The notes below the pieces were generated by a model. The model was given only the letters and a program-made list of their open reading frames with translations, had not been told where the DNA came from and ran no database searches. Source: Eutreptiella sp. 'Long Island Sound 2002' (Eukaryota; Protista; Euglenida). From it: DNA of 64,000 nucleotides. The translations under genes and the position numbers were made by a program. Of the stretch, positions 1 through 13,300 are shown one piece after another (the first letter of the stretch is position 1; every line of letters starts with the position of its first letter). The DNA is taken from the NCBI GenBank assembly GCA_964036045.1, contig OZ038379.1:39122001-39186000 (forward strand), given 5' to 3'.

Positions 1-3000
1 TCTCCTACGAGGACCCCACCAGCCTTTTTCCGGATAGCGTGCACCGGCACATTGTCCAACAACGTTGCCAGGGACCCCCCCCCCCCTGTTTGACCTGCAT
101 CACCAAGGTTGCAAGCGTCACCACGGGCTTTGTGGCCCACGACCTCCGCGTAGGCGTAGCGATGACCTTTAGATCCCGGGTGGTAGCATGTCTTGCAATG
201 CCCAAACCTGCGAAGACAACGTGGCATGAAACGTGTCCCATGCCGAAGGTTCTCGGCTCACCTTGTAGCGGTCTGCATCCGCCGCGGCAAACCGGTGGCG
301 CATGTCAAGTGGGCGTTTGCCGTAGCTTTGCCAGACTCGCAAAGCGGTGCAGTGTATATCTCCGTACGGTTCGAGGCGAACCCCTCGGAGCCGAAGGGAT
401 GCCCAGTTGTCGCTTGGAAGGATCCCTACACATCATCGCACCGCACATCGGCTTCTGCGCCAAACCATGGTCCCGGTATCCACCAAACCCCTCAAGATCT
501 GCCTGCTCATGACATTTCGAGGGCACCCAAGACCGCTGATCTGCGGAAGGTACTGCGCCATGTCTCCATTTCGGCCCTCCGGCGATCCCAGACCCCAACA
601 CTTCACATGTGCGCTGCACAATGTGCTCAGCCCTTGTGACTATTCGTGGCGCAAAGTGTGCTTCTATCGCCTCCGGCTGCCCACCATAGACACTGTAGTA
701 GATCACCAGTACGGCAAAGTGTTTGGCCTACCCAAGTGGTGTGCGCGTGGAAGCCTCTTAGCGTCGCTGATCCACGGCGGTCCCCAAGTGCTGGCGGTGT
801 GTGTGCGGGCAATCATCTTGATGGCTGGCACGCGCAGTGTTGTTCCCTAGGGGAGGAACCCTCTTGCGGAAGAGGCCACGCGCTATCTGTTGGTCGCGTC
901 GACATGGGAGGTTGGCGCACAAAGCACCGTGCTACAAGATGCTTTGGCGAAGTACGGCTTGGCCCTCCATCCCCCGCCGGATCCCTAGGTCGACTTAGCG
1001 CTATTGCAATGCACAAGCTTGTTGCAGCACGCTCACCACCTGGTCCCTGTGTATGTGGAAACCGGGGGAGCGCTTCGTGGGTCTACATTGAGCGGCGGCA
1101 CCCTTGTGTGGCGCCCTGGAGTCGGCTATCATGTACAAGGCATGGGTACGGGATGTGCTTGTGAGGGGCATCCCCAATGGACGGGCAATGGCTGGCCCAC
1201 TGGACAACAATGCTGCCGTTTGCATGGCCATACCTGCCCGCATACTTTGTGATGGAGGCCAACCATGCGCATTATAGCTCCATCTCTTTAGCCCGTGTTG
1301 CGTCTTCGCTATTGCTGGTGCTATACAAGCATGCCATGGTGTTGCGAAGGTCAAGTCAACTGGGCGAGATGTGGGTCCGGGCGGGTCATTGCAACAACAG
1401 TATGGCCCCTGCTTGTCCGTTTGAACCGCGGGGCGCACAATTTGGCTAGGGCGAGCCTGTGCGTCGCAATGTCCTTCACAACTCTGTGGCTGCCCTCGCT
1501 GCATGGTTGCGGGGCAGCCTTTGCGAGAAGTGTTCTCATCCTCCATGCTAATAGCTTTGAAGCTGCTCGGACAGCGGTGACGACTTCGGTGGCAGCACCT
1601 CGGTTACTGCCATTCTAAGGGGTGCCATCCTACAAGGCCTGTGTGGACACCTTCACCAGGGGCGCCGTGAATCAACTTGTCCTCCAATGCGTCTTTTAGC
1701 TCCGCTGCGTCCAGTTCCAACGTCAACTGGTTGAAATACATGCTCATAGCTAACGTATGTGCGGCGACATCGCTAGGAATTTACTAGCCCAATTGCGTTT
1801 TAGCTACCTATACTACATGGACTTCGTTGTCTCGACTTTTGGGGCCCTTGGCTATCACGAATCACTGCAGGCACTGGCGGTTGTTGAGACATGAGCATGC
1901 ACTTGGTACACACAAATGGGAGCGCCGTTGGAGTGTGGGATCCAATGCAAGTGGGGCTCGTGCTCCTTGCCAAGATCCTTCCCGTGATCGCGTTGTCTGT
2001 CGAGCCGCATGGGAGGGATGAGCTTGCGCCGTCTTGGGGGTGGTGGTAACAGTGATATCGTGGTGGTGGCTAGCCTACGACCCTAAGTCTGCCCTACTGC
2101 TGCCGCCGCCAGCCGGCAAAGCAGCCGGGTGCGCCGGCCCTAGCAGCGTAGGTATCAATATTTTTTTGTTTCAATTTCTTGCCTGTGTTCATTTCACATT
2201 TGAGATTTACACCAAAAATTAGCCACTAATATTTATCCCACAGATTTTTGACCGCGATTAAATTTGTCACTTTTTTTGTCTGCAAATGCAACGCGTGGAA
2301 GGAAGGGTCTAGCACGCTGCACCACCCCTTACCTGATCTCTCGCAAGAAGTGTTGCGGTGTGCTACATCGACGGGAGTTTCAACTCTGGTGGTAGGGGGG
2401 GGGGTCCGTCCGGCGCCGCCTCCTTTGACACACACGGTAAGGAGAAGGAGGAGCGGCGCCGAGAGAAGGAGGAGCGGCGCAAGGTGTTGCAGATCGAGAG
2501 GACGGTGAAGGAGGTGACACGGGCCCATCAGGCTAGCCGGCCACAAAAGGTTGGCGGAGGTGAAGGGGGAGGAAGGGTAGGTGGTGGTACAAGAGGATGA
2601 GGACAAAAGAGGGGATGGGACGGGTAGAGGAACATAACCCCCCCCCCCCCCCCGAACCCCTGTTCTTCCCCTCCCTCAATGGGTCCAGAAGGCCTTGGGG
2701 AACGGCTAAGCGATCTATTCCAAGGTAACCGTTGTGGCGTGGTGTAGCGAAATCTGGAGCAGGGCTATGGCCTAGACCACCACATTTTTGCTGACCCCCA
2801 AAAGGCGCACTACACCCTGCGGTGCTGTATGCGCCGCCTTTTTCATTGCCTAATTGGAAGAACGTCGAGGGCAAGGGGTACTGGCAGAAAGATCCGCCAC
2901 AGGGGCTGCCTAGCGCTGCCACCCAGTGTTTGGGGGGCCAATTTGTCCGACGGGCAAAATGGTTTGCTTGAGGGCAGGGGGGGCCCTCAACCTCTTTTTG

Positions 3001-4144
3001 GACCCATGGGGGATGCACTTTGGCACCAACCAAGACATAGTGTGCTTGCAACTTGCAACACTAGGTAGCTGTGGACTGGTGCCAACAATGGCGGGACGGC
3101 AATTTGGTGTTTTTCGCACCGGTTTGGCATGTGCTGCTTGCAGTGCCCCCCCTCCCCCCCCATACGACTATGGGGCGTAGCACAAATACAAGGGGCTGCT
3201 GATTGGGTCCCGGAGGACAAGAACTATTGCGAGCATCACTCGGGCGACAAAGCCTAGGGCTGCCGCTGCCATTGTCATTGCCATTGCTATTGTCACCTTG
3301 GGGGACCCCGTGGATGCCCCCATTGTGGCTTGCACCTTTTGCATGGCCACGGGGGTTGTATACACCAAAGACTATCACCATTTTTGAGAGGCATTATTCT
3401 TTGCTTGCTTGCTTGCTTCCATTGAATACTTTGCACACTTGGTTTAAATTTTCGGGTTGAATGTTTAAGATATAAAGCGCCGACGCAATTTTCAAAAATT
3501 GGCCTTAAGAATTCAACGGAAAAAAATTAAAAAGGTGACCAAAACAATTGATGTTCCCCTTTTTGACGGCTTGTACCTGTTTGGTTGCATGCGAAGCACG
3601 CCCTAAATTGACCCCGAAGAAGAGCCCAAACCCAACCAAACCAACACCACCAACCCGCCTAACCCACTCAATACAATCCAAGGCACCCCAGCACCATGGG
3701 ACCCGATGACGGGCTCCCAAGAGGTAGCAACCTCAAACAACGGCCCGAGTGGCCAAGGACATGACCGGTGAGGCGTAATGGGTATGTGCTTTGTGTTTTT
3801 GTGCTTGTGTGGGCAGGTTTGTTTTTTGGAAAAAACATGTAAATTTTCTTCGTTGATTTTTACTTGTGTGGCCTCGTGATTTTGTAAAAATCTGCAATTT
3901 TTAAGCCAACAATTAATCTCAAATTTTAAAGCCAAAAGCCATTTTTAGTATTATTACATATCTACACCGGTGACCCCCTACACCCACGGGGTAAAATTGT
4001 AGCCAAACACACAAGGTACCCCATGGGGGTGGAAATTTTGACCAATGATCACCATAAACTAGCGCACAAAGTGACATTTTTCGTATAATCAATTAAATTT
4101 TGGTCATATTTCAAATATGCTGGCTTTAATGTGGGTCTCTAGGG
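1..4144 (+). mobile_element. Decayed copy 1 of RAG1/Transib-like TIR DNA transposon family (left end not seen)
   Basis: 3900-4144 aligns with the reverse complement of 48241-48480. It ends ggctttaatgtgggtctctaggg, matching the family TIR gactttaatctaggtcactaggg (53368-53390). Transposase relic PARILCDGGQP at ~1233-1265 resembles PSRLVIGGDQP of copy 4. ORF2 relics lie at 2300-3750. Confidence 0.7.
2290..3395 (+). pseudogene. Relic of transposon companion gene ORF2 (copy 1)
   Basis: K/E/R-rich stretch, then CCMRRLFHCLIGR and LFLDPWGMHFGT..LQ. These match MWIFRRLIRCLIRR and LVFDPRGFRFGT..LQ of ORF 49793..50599. Stops and frameshifts are present. Confidence 0.75.
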
Positions 4145-6578
4145 CGGACATGGGCGTATACGACTGTCACCATCGCGGTCTGATCGGCTTTAGGCTTGCC
4201 CGCCACGTACTCTAGCACTCATGGTAGCTCAGCCAAGAGAAGGTCAGGAAATGAGTCCGTGGCGTCCGAGCGTCCAAACCCTGCAAGCGGCTAGCCAGGA
4301 CCGCATAGAACAGCACCATGGAGGCCAACGACGGGGGCTGATGCAAGATTTGGAGACGTTCCAGTTGGCATCATGGTGGCGCAGCCGTGTACACCCGCCT
4401 AGCAGCCGGGTCCTCGGTGACCAAATAGCACCAGCCACGTTTCCGTAGGCCGCAACTCATTGGGCGCTCGGCAGGAGAGAGATTGGCAAAGGAGTGGTTG
4501 GCACCAAGCATGCTTAGGCTCGTGAACGGCAAAGGCACAGAAAGAGTGGGGATGGGGGAGGCAATGGGAAGGCGGTACGGCACGGGTCACTCACGTTGCA
4601 GCAGGTCCCGTCATGCTTATGCGCCCTCCGTGCATGGCTAGCATGGTCGCACCCTAGGCAGACCTGTCCACGTGTCAAGCACGTTGCGTTGGACAGCGGT
4701 GCCATTTCTGCAACAGGGCAAGAGGTTGGTGGGAGGAGGGCCGCTATGTGTTGTTAGCACGTCACTGGGTTGGAGTGCGATCGCGGTCGGTGGGGGGCCG
4801 CCAGAGCGCCTGCCGGACGGGGGCTCACAAGCGGCGTGGTGCAAGGGGCGAGCAAGCAAGGAGCATGAGGAAGGAGGAGCATAGCCAACGCGAAGAGGTT
4901 TCGCTAGCGCTGCCCACAACTAGACGGTGCCTCCTATATATCACACGCATCCAAGATGCGGCCAGGTTCACGTCGATGAATAAGTCAAGGTTCCGCACCA
5001 CCACATAGGACATTACGGCCGCTTCGACGGCACCCGCTACGCGGCTGTTGCGAGGAAGTCGTTACCGCGGGATCATGAAGAAGTCCACCACCATGATAGT
5101 GTTGCGGCCCCGAATCACTTGATGAGCATCACAACAGCCGTGGCATGCTAAAAGGCGGCCGTCGGGGACCACAAGGCAGGACCGGCACCCGGCGTGCCCG
5201 CATTCAAGGCGTCATGGGCACAACCAATCATGCAGAATAGGCAACCGCCCAAGACGTCGGACCAAGGGCCAGACTTCGCCACCACCGAGGCGAAGCCCAC
5301 AAACACGCAAGAGGGGGGAGGGGTGCAGTGAACAACCACATAGTTGGCCCCAACCATTCTTGGGCCTTGGGTCGCAGAGCTGTCCATGGCCATGAAGCTT
5401 CACACATGCGGACTCCCAAGGCAGGGCGCTAAAAGGGCTCTGGCTAAACACCCAATCTGTGGGGACTGAAAAGGGCCGTGTCGATTCATGGCCATGAGGT
5501 AGCGGGGCGGGTCTCTGGTCTCATAGGAAGTTATTGTCAACCCCTCCTTTTCTTAGAGCTTGCTCCATCCCAAGTCGTCACCACTGCACTGCACAATGAC
5601 CCTAAGCGCTGAAGCTGCACGGTCCCCTCGCTGCTCCACCGAGCCAAGCAGCAGTTTCTTCATCCCAAGTGCCCTGGCGACACAACCCTTGGGTAACTTT
5701 TGCGGAGCGGTGGTGTGGAGCGGCGCGTGTTGTTGAGTTGGCACTTGGGCTTGGACTTGGCGTGGCCGCGGACCACGGGCGGGAGCCCACAGGGTGTTGA
5801 GCTAGCATCTTGACCTGCGGGGTATTATTTTCTCCTTCCCGGCAGCCAACAGTGCGGCCTTCCACATGTGGCCCCACCACCACACAAAGCTCCATCTACA
5901 CTTTGACAACCCGGCACGCGCAGCAACCTTGCACACACCACGCCGATGGACAATGAGACACACAGACACCGCCATAACGGCGCGACACAAAGCTACCCTT
6001 GACCCAACCGCCTCCGGCACATGGCGCACTAGACACAAGACGCCGACACTAGCCCCAAGCCTACTGCAAGGCACCTCACGCCACGCCACCAAGCCGCCAA
6101 GTAGCGAAACGCTAACCAAGGTGACCCATGCCGCACCAATAGCCGCATCACACAACACATCCAAACGCCACAAGGCCACCGCACTGGCACCAACACCCAA
6201 GCACCCAAATGCGCACCGCCAACCAACACCACTGGGCACATCAAGCAGAGGGAGGCCAACACAACACCGGCAATGAAAGAATGAAAGACCCGGATCCAAC
6301 AGGTACCACCGGACAACATCACTGGACAGCCAGAAGACATTTGACCGGGAATAGCAAGCCCCACAACAACCTAACCCACCCTGACGTTGCTCACACCAGA
6401 ACGCACGATGCACCAAAGCACTTAGGCTGAAAGGCCACCAACACAACACCAAGGCCGGGGGCACAAGTGTATAGTAAGCACCGCCAACGACGTACCCATC
6501 GGGCACGACCACATCACATTGACAAGGTCGGCTCCAAGAACACACAGAGACCCGCGCAGCAAAATGCCATGCAGGGTA

Positions 6579-8817
6579 CCCCGGGAACCTGTCTCAAAAA
6601 CATAATAACGTTCAAGGGAATCACATTTTTTTGACGTTTGAACACTATTTTTCAAAACTTTCATAGTGCTTTTCACCATTTATGCGACCTATTGCCGTGG
6701 CAGTTTTTTGTGATTAATAATGGATGCCCGTGTGTTTTTGAGACGGTGGTGGTGTTTGTCACGTTTTTCAATCGTTGCAAAAATCGTTCAAAAACCAGCA
6801 CAATTGCTTCAAAAAAGTTTTTTTGAATGCTTTTTGACGTTTGAACTTTCAAAATTGAACAATCTTCCCACAACGTAAGCATACACACATGCAAAACACA
6901 ACAGCCTTTGACGTGTTGCAGCCCCATTGTCACATGGATGTCCTCCGCGGACACCCCAACAGGCTCCGGGTGTCCCTTAGAGTTCGCGGGACTGGGGGGA
7001 CTCCCAAAGAGCTTGGGTGTCCCGGGCGTCTTGGGCGGACTCAGCAGCTCCCGCATCTCCGGTACACCGCGACCACCTGGGTGTGTGGTGTCCAGGCAGG
7101 CCGCCTCCTGTACCTGTTCCTAGGCCTGCAGCAGACAGTAAACCTCCTCCCATCCGGAGAGGCAGTAGAGCCCAGGCGTATCCCGGTGCGTGCCCCGTCC
7201 AAAACGGATTGGACCCTAGCCCGCAATACCTTCTCAAGGTCACTGCATAGGGCTTCCAGGAACTGCACCACTAACCGGCCCACTGCCATGATGCAGTGCA
7301 GGATGCACATCAAAATGTGTTGCCGTGCCATACACGTCAGGGGCTTGCCGACGCAACCGGCATGTTGCAGGCTATGGCCATGCAGCAAGTATTGCCGGTG
7401 GTGGTCTGCATCGCGTTGCAGGGTGCGGTGCTGTCGGCTGCCTTGCCACCGCCGGGTGGTGGAATCCCATATTGCCTCGTTGTAGATTGACCCCACTTGG
7501 GGGGCAATTGAGACACCCACCCAGCGGCGGATCCAGGGGCTATCTTCGGCGCAGCGAACGGTGGGAGCACGCTTCACATTGGCCCAGGTAAAGCGGCCGG
7601 TGTCATAGATGTGCTGCAAAATCTAAAAGCAAATATGAATTTTGAATGTTCAAAAATCTTTTTTGAAGTTCGAAAAACAGAATTGGGGCAGGTCTGCCCG
7701 TTCTTCAACGTTTTTGGAAATTTGAACATTCAAATTTGAACGACTAGATAGCGAAACGAAATAGCTACGTGTTCGTGCAAACCATCCTTGCAGGTTGTCC
7801 TTCCATATGGCACCCAGTTGAGCCATATCCTTGTCACCGCAGACCGCCATCCCGATGACCCAGTAGTACGCCGGTTGGCGGGCGCGGGCACCATGGTTGG
7901 CCAACGCAATGCCCAGGTGGCTCCAGCTTCCCCCTGCGTAGGGGAACGCATCACCCCGCACAATGAACATTAGGGGGTGTGACCAGTCAATGCAATCGCG
8001 CAGAGCGTTGCGCGATTGCACGTAATTGATCCAAGAAGCGATGGGCCACGAGTGGCCCGACGAAGGCAGGCTACCGGCGGTGACGGGGGGCGCCAGCTGG
8101 AGGGGGTACAACGAGCCCGCCACTCGGCGTCGAAGGCCTCCCGGGTACAAATGGGCCGCAAAAATGGCCATCCGGTCTTCAAGGAGTACTGTAGACCCTG
8201 CCGGGTGAATAACTCCGACAGGGCACGGAAGCCGTACTTTGGGGCCTTCAAGGCCACAACAAGTTCTACGGCGCCAAGCGGAGTGATCAACAACTCTGCG
8301 TGTTCCCGTATGGCAGCGTCCTCCGCAGCACGCACCACTTTGTGGCCACCCTCCACGGTGGCTTGCTCCCACCGTGCCTTGCAATGAGGGGAGGATACCG
8401 ACCATTGGGCCAATAGGTGGCCCACTCGCGCATCCCATAGGTTGGCCGCCCCGCTCAAGCGAACCAATGTCGCCGAGAGCTCCTCAATCACATCCCGCCC
8501 ATAGAGCGGTGCTGTGCGCGCGCTCATACTGGTGGCCCCAAAGAAGAAACAACAAAGTGAAGGGCTATACAAACAGTGGTATGCACGGGGCACAAATACC
8601 AAAGGGTCATCAAACAAACCTCCCCCACAGCAAATGAAGCACACTACCGTTGGGGGTGCACAACATGCCATATGCAATACCATTAGCTCAGAAAAAAACG
8701 TTCAAAAAAGAAAATTTTGTTCAAAAAACTGTTTGAAATTGAATGTTCAAAAATGAAAGTTTCAAAATTGAATGTTTCTTTTTTGAACGTCATTATGTTT
8801 CACACAGGTACCCGGGG
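6579..8817 (-). mobile_element. Copy 2 (different subfamily) of RAG1/Transib-like TIR transposon, 2.24 kb, internally deleted
   Basis: Imperfect ~36-bp TIRs: ccccgggaacctgtctcaaaaacataataacgttcaa at 6579 vs the reverse complement of the right end, ccccgggtacctgtgtgaaacataatgacgttcaa. TA flanks both ends (6577-78, 8818-19). It contains the transposase 5' two-thirds. Confidence 0.85.
6990..8527 (-). pseudogene. RAG1-core-like transposase, two exons, frameshifted and 3'-truncated
   Basis: Motifs FIVRGDAFPYAGG, AVCGDKD, AEDSPWIRRWVGV..GSIYN and MCILHC. Intron 7623-7787 sits at the same position as in copy 4, with an intact ttttag acceptor and the donor mutated to GG. Confidence 0.85.
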
Positions 8818-10205
8818 TAGGGGCAGGGTAAAAGGGCCACACGACGGAGGTCCTTGTTTGGAGTGAGTTTTAACAGTATGAAAGAGATTTTTTTTACCTC
8901 AACATCACACACCCAAAACATGGTGAAGGCGAGCTCACAGGCCACGGACACCATCGCCAACACCACACTCCGCTACCAGCGCAGGGGGGGCAACAACACA
9001 AGAACCACGGACACCGCCACGCCACACTCCACAACCACCGTACCGTGAACGAAGGCCTAAAGGCAACGGACGCCACCAACACACCCACCACCCCACACCA
9101 CGCATCACACACACGCGACACGGCGTGTAGACCTTTGGACAGAGAATAGATTGCGCGACCCGCTCATCGGGCAACCAATAGGGGCGGATCCCCACACCAA
9201 GTGGTCCAAGTCTGGTAGGGCTCATCCGGGGTCCTCGGCAAACGTCGCCCAGAGCCAAGGCAACAACGAGTTCCAGGCGTGCTGGTACATGGTCCAGGAT
9301 GGGAGTAACCTACACGCCAGCGTAACTCCACAACTCAAACCACACAGGTGAGGCGATGGAACCGTAGACGGCGGGAGCAATACCCTCTGTGGCAAGACAT
9401 ACTCCACACGGCTGGGCATCCCCCACCGCTGCCGCCAAAAGGAGGGGACATTTGCCCCCACGACCCACCGTGGTAACACATGTGGGAACATCCTCCCACC
9501 TACACCTAGACTAGGTGGGCGCGATACTGCCTTCCTAAGTCACCTGGGGAGCAACTTTGTAAGGCACGTCAACTAGGGCAATTGGCGGGGTGGCCGCCTC
9601 CCTGGTAAGTCCTTCTTCTTGCATAGTCAAAGGATGCATTCCGAGCTTCGAAGATACCTACCGAAGGGGATATGACAAACTCAGACCAGAAGAAGGTAGA
9701 AGGTGTTCGAAGTTCAACCTCGAAGAGCTGCTCTTATGGTGTTGTGGATGAATGGAGAGGCATCATTCTCCAATGGGGACTGTGAGGGACACACAATTTA
9801 GTATTGTTGGGGTCACAGACATGTCTTAGCTCCAAGGGGCAAACAATATGGGATACGTAGTTTGCGATTGTGATGGACACATGTATGGGGATTGCAAGGA
9901 CCCCACATTTGGCGACTGTGAGACCCACAGTTTGTGATGCCGAGCAGGGAAACTAATTTGGGACTGGGGTTTGCGGACTGTGGTGCACTCACATTAAGGG
10001 GCCATGGGGAACCCACCTTTGGTGATTGTCAGGAGCACACATCTAGGGCACTGTGGATTGGGTACTGTGGGGGGCACACCCTTAGCTTTGGACAACAAGG
10101 GGCATGTATGCAGGCGATAATGCAGGGCGCACATTGACCTTGATGCACGATGCACCCTCCTTCTGTCCCGCTGCTGTCTTTTGCACCTTTTGCTGGCTCT
10201 AACAG

Positions 10206-10310
10206 TCCGAAGCCGATGCATCCGCCAACTCCTGGACATGCATGCACTGCAATTTTCCGAACCCCAACGAGGCTCTCAAGTGCAAATCCTGCTTCAAGTA
10301 TCGCCAAGGG
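10206..10310 (+). CDS. Isolated exon encoding a RanBP2-type zinc finger
   Basis: Translates SEADASANSWTCMHCNFPNPNEALKCKSCFKYRQG, which fits W-x-C-x2-C-x3-N-x6-C-x2-C. It is preceded by a pyrimidine tract and ctaacag and followed by gtatgt. Length is 105 bp, phase 0-0. Confidence 0.7.
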
Positions 10311-13300
10311 GTATGTTGTGTGGCCCCCACGGCGAGCCTTGTTAGATTATACGGTTTGGGGGGGGGGGGGGGGGTTGGCACACGGTTATTTTGGGGGGGG
10401 GGCAGCCAAAGCCCAAGGAACTGCAGGCAGGTCTTGAGCTTCTGTCCTTTTGGGTCTTGATACTCTTTTTCTGCGCCAACCCACTTGGGTTCTGTCTTGT
10501 TGGGTAACCTCCCAGATTGCTTGCCCATTTTTCTGTCCACCCTGTAGATCTCATTATCCACATAGTGAGGATTTCCTTGCCCTCTACCTGGAACGGGGCA
10601 GGGAACAATTAGAACGGGGTGTAACAGGATGCACGCACATGCCAATGGAAGCACGGACAGAGACATGGACAGAATGGGACGGCAGGACGGGACCAGCCTG
10701 GTGCCTGTGGCAGAGTTGATCCTGCTGTGGAGTGGGGTGCCTGCACAAAAGGTGTGGAGGAGCTGCAGGCTCTTGTTTAGGAAGTCTTTGTTTTTGTTTG
10801 TGTTTTTTTTCCGTGAAGGACTGGACGCCTCCACCCCTTTCATGGTCACATGGTGTAAAGGGTTATGGGAATGCAGTGCATTAGGGGAGGGATGCCTGTT
10901 TCACCTTGGGGTGTCCGTCAGCAATGAGATGTTCCTTTTACCTTTGTCAAGGACAGCTTTAGGTTTTCAGCAGCGGACCCTGTGGTGGGTGCTCAATTTT
11001 CACCCGACGCCAGTTGTCCTTCAACTGACAGCAGTTATTGGCAGGATTGGAGATGCCAGCAGGCCAGAGTTCCACAGATTTTTTGTTCCATTAGCCATCA
11101 CACTGGGTCAAGCCAAAGGAGACCACATGGAGGATGGAGACAGCTTTCACTTATTTCATGTATGGAGATAGACGTTGGCAATTGACCACACCATGCACCA
11201 GCTTCTCCCCCTCTGGTACCCAACGGGGAGCCTGTACACATGAAATGCATTTCTACTCAGGTCAGATCATCCAATATGTCCAGCAGTGTTGCCTTTTTCA
11301 ATGTTGCAAGCCTGTCCATGGTGTGGCCCAGGGGGAACCAGTTGGAATGCTTGCAGGCATGGGGGAGGGCGTCCCCCAGGAATGAAGCAATATTCAGAGG
11401 ATGCAGAACACAAGGCACTAACACGTCTGACCAATTGGCATTGGCCGAACTGCAGAAACATATTCTGCTGCAAGGAAAGGGGGTGGAGCCACCTGGCAGG
11501 AGGCTGGGGGTAAACTATGTTTCTGCCCCGGGGATACAGGTATTGAGGGGTTTCCACAATGTACCAATTGTGTGGGACAAATTTTTGTCAGCTTTTGGTA
11601 CGTGATTTGTTCAGCTTGTTATAGGATTTGTGTGGCATATTTTTGAAATTTCTCTCGCTCACTGCACCTGTGTTGCAATTTGTTGGTTGGTGGCTCTGAA
11701 CCGTTTCTCCCAACATTTTGCATGACGATGCTCACCGTGCTCACCAGGCCCTTGTCCCATGAGCACCCAAAAACGGGTTTGTGATGCCCCTTCTGGTGCA
11801 GAGTTCCCAAGTAGTTGCTGTGCATTAGGATGGGCACACACAACACAGAATGGCACACGTTTAAGCACTCCCTTTTTGTCATGGACGAGTTTTGGCTACC
11901 AAACATAATTTGTTCCTTTTTTTTGAAGAATTGGTACAGACTCTGTCGCATCAGAATCAGTTGCTCAGGATGGGGTCTGTAGGGGGGAGTGTGGTTCCAT
12001 CCTCCCACCTCCTTTGCCTCCAATCACACTTAGTTACCTAAGGTCACCGGAAGCTCGGGCCCAATGTCAACATTGGCACTGCAACCAGAAGGAGAATTCT
12101 GTCTATTGTAACCCGCCCACCATAAAAATGTCTATGATGCATTCCTTCATACTCTTAGGTACCCACCAAAATCACCATGCAGATCTAAAGACATCAAAAC
12201 CAGCACCCCGGCATACATGGGAGACCCCACATACCCCTCCCCGTTTTAGGGTCCATTTGAATACTATATCCCAAAAAGGGTTGGTGGTTTAATCCCTTGC
12301 ATAATCCTTCTGTTGTCGAATAAAAGTATTCCCCAATAGGTTTTGGTTGCGACCCCTCTAGACCCCCCATTCCCGCCTGAAACCCTCTTTTTAGGGGTAG
12401 TTGGCAGTTTTTCATGGATGGTGTCATGTTAGGGGAATGGTGTCAAAGAAAGTCAAAACAACGACCAAGCATTTTCGGCTCCCAATCCCATGGGTCGCGG
12501 TGAGGGGTGAGCACTCTTGCAGATTATGCAGTTGTTAGCCAGTTTTGTTATGACAGTGTTTTTGGTCGTTTTAGTGACTTTGTGGTACCCCCCTCTTGGG
12601 TGGGATTAAGGATATTGTGATGGTATATCCTTGGTTCACTGGAAAACGATATGTTTTGCCAAATCTAGCCCTACCAAGGGCCGGTCAAGTAGACGGTCCA
12701 AAATTCCCCCTTGAAAAGGCCCAAATAGCATAAACAGGCAAGTTTACCCCAATTTCAAATACAAGGCTGTACGAGCCAATAAATATGACGTACCAAACAC
12801 ATGGCATTTTTGCGAAAAAGAGGCAAAGGCAAGCATCAATCAGGCTACAATTTGACTCCTCCATACACACACATTTGTGTCACGAAAGAGGAGCCTTCCC
12901 CAGTGCCATTGTTGCATATTAACATTCGCATTGTTGTAGCGTTGTTGATGAATTGATATCGCTATGTAAGCACCATGCTACGTTGAAGAATTGAATCGCT
13001 TTGAACCCAAAATGTTGTATTGTTGATGAACACATGTTGTATTGTTTGTGCACCGTTGCATACTTCTGCTCGGGTGACCGGATGCATTTCATCTGCGACA
13101 CAGTGCAATCATCACCTGTGTTACAATCTAGGACCATGAAGAAAAACAGGCGAAAGTTGTCCTAACTGGAAATTGGTTACAATTCGCCCACAAGGCAATC
13201 CGACGTAATCCAATTGTAAACCGGTGAAAAGTGAGCCAATTGGTGCCCAGAATGATTGGAAAGTGAAATAGGTGAAAAATCGCCTATTTGAACTGAGCAA

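Noticed and set aside
5800-9600. C/A-rich flanks of copy 2 as the 3' part of another YR element
   Set aside because: Only compositional similarity to 20.8-21.5 kb; no alignable motif or terminal repeat was found.
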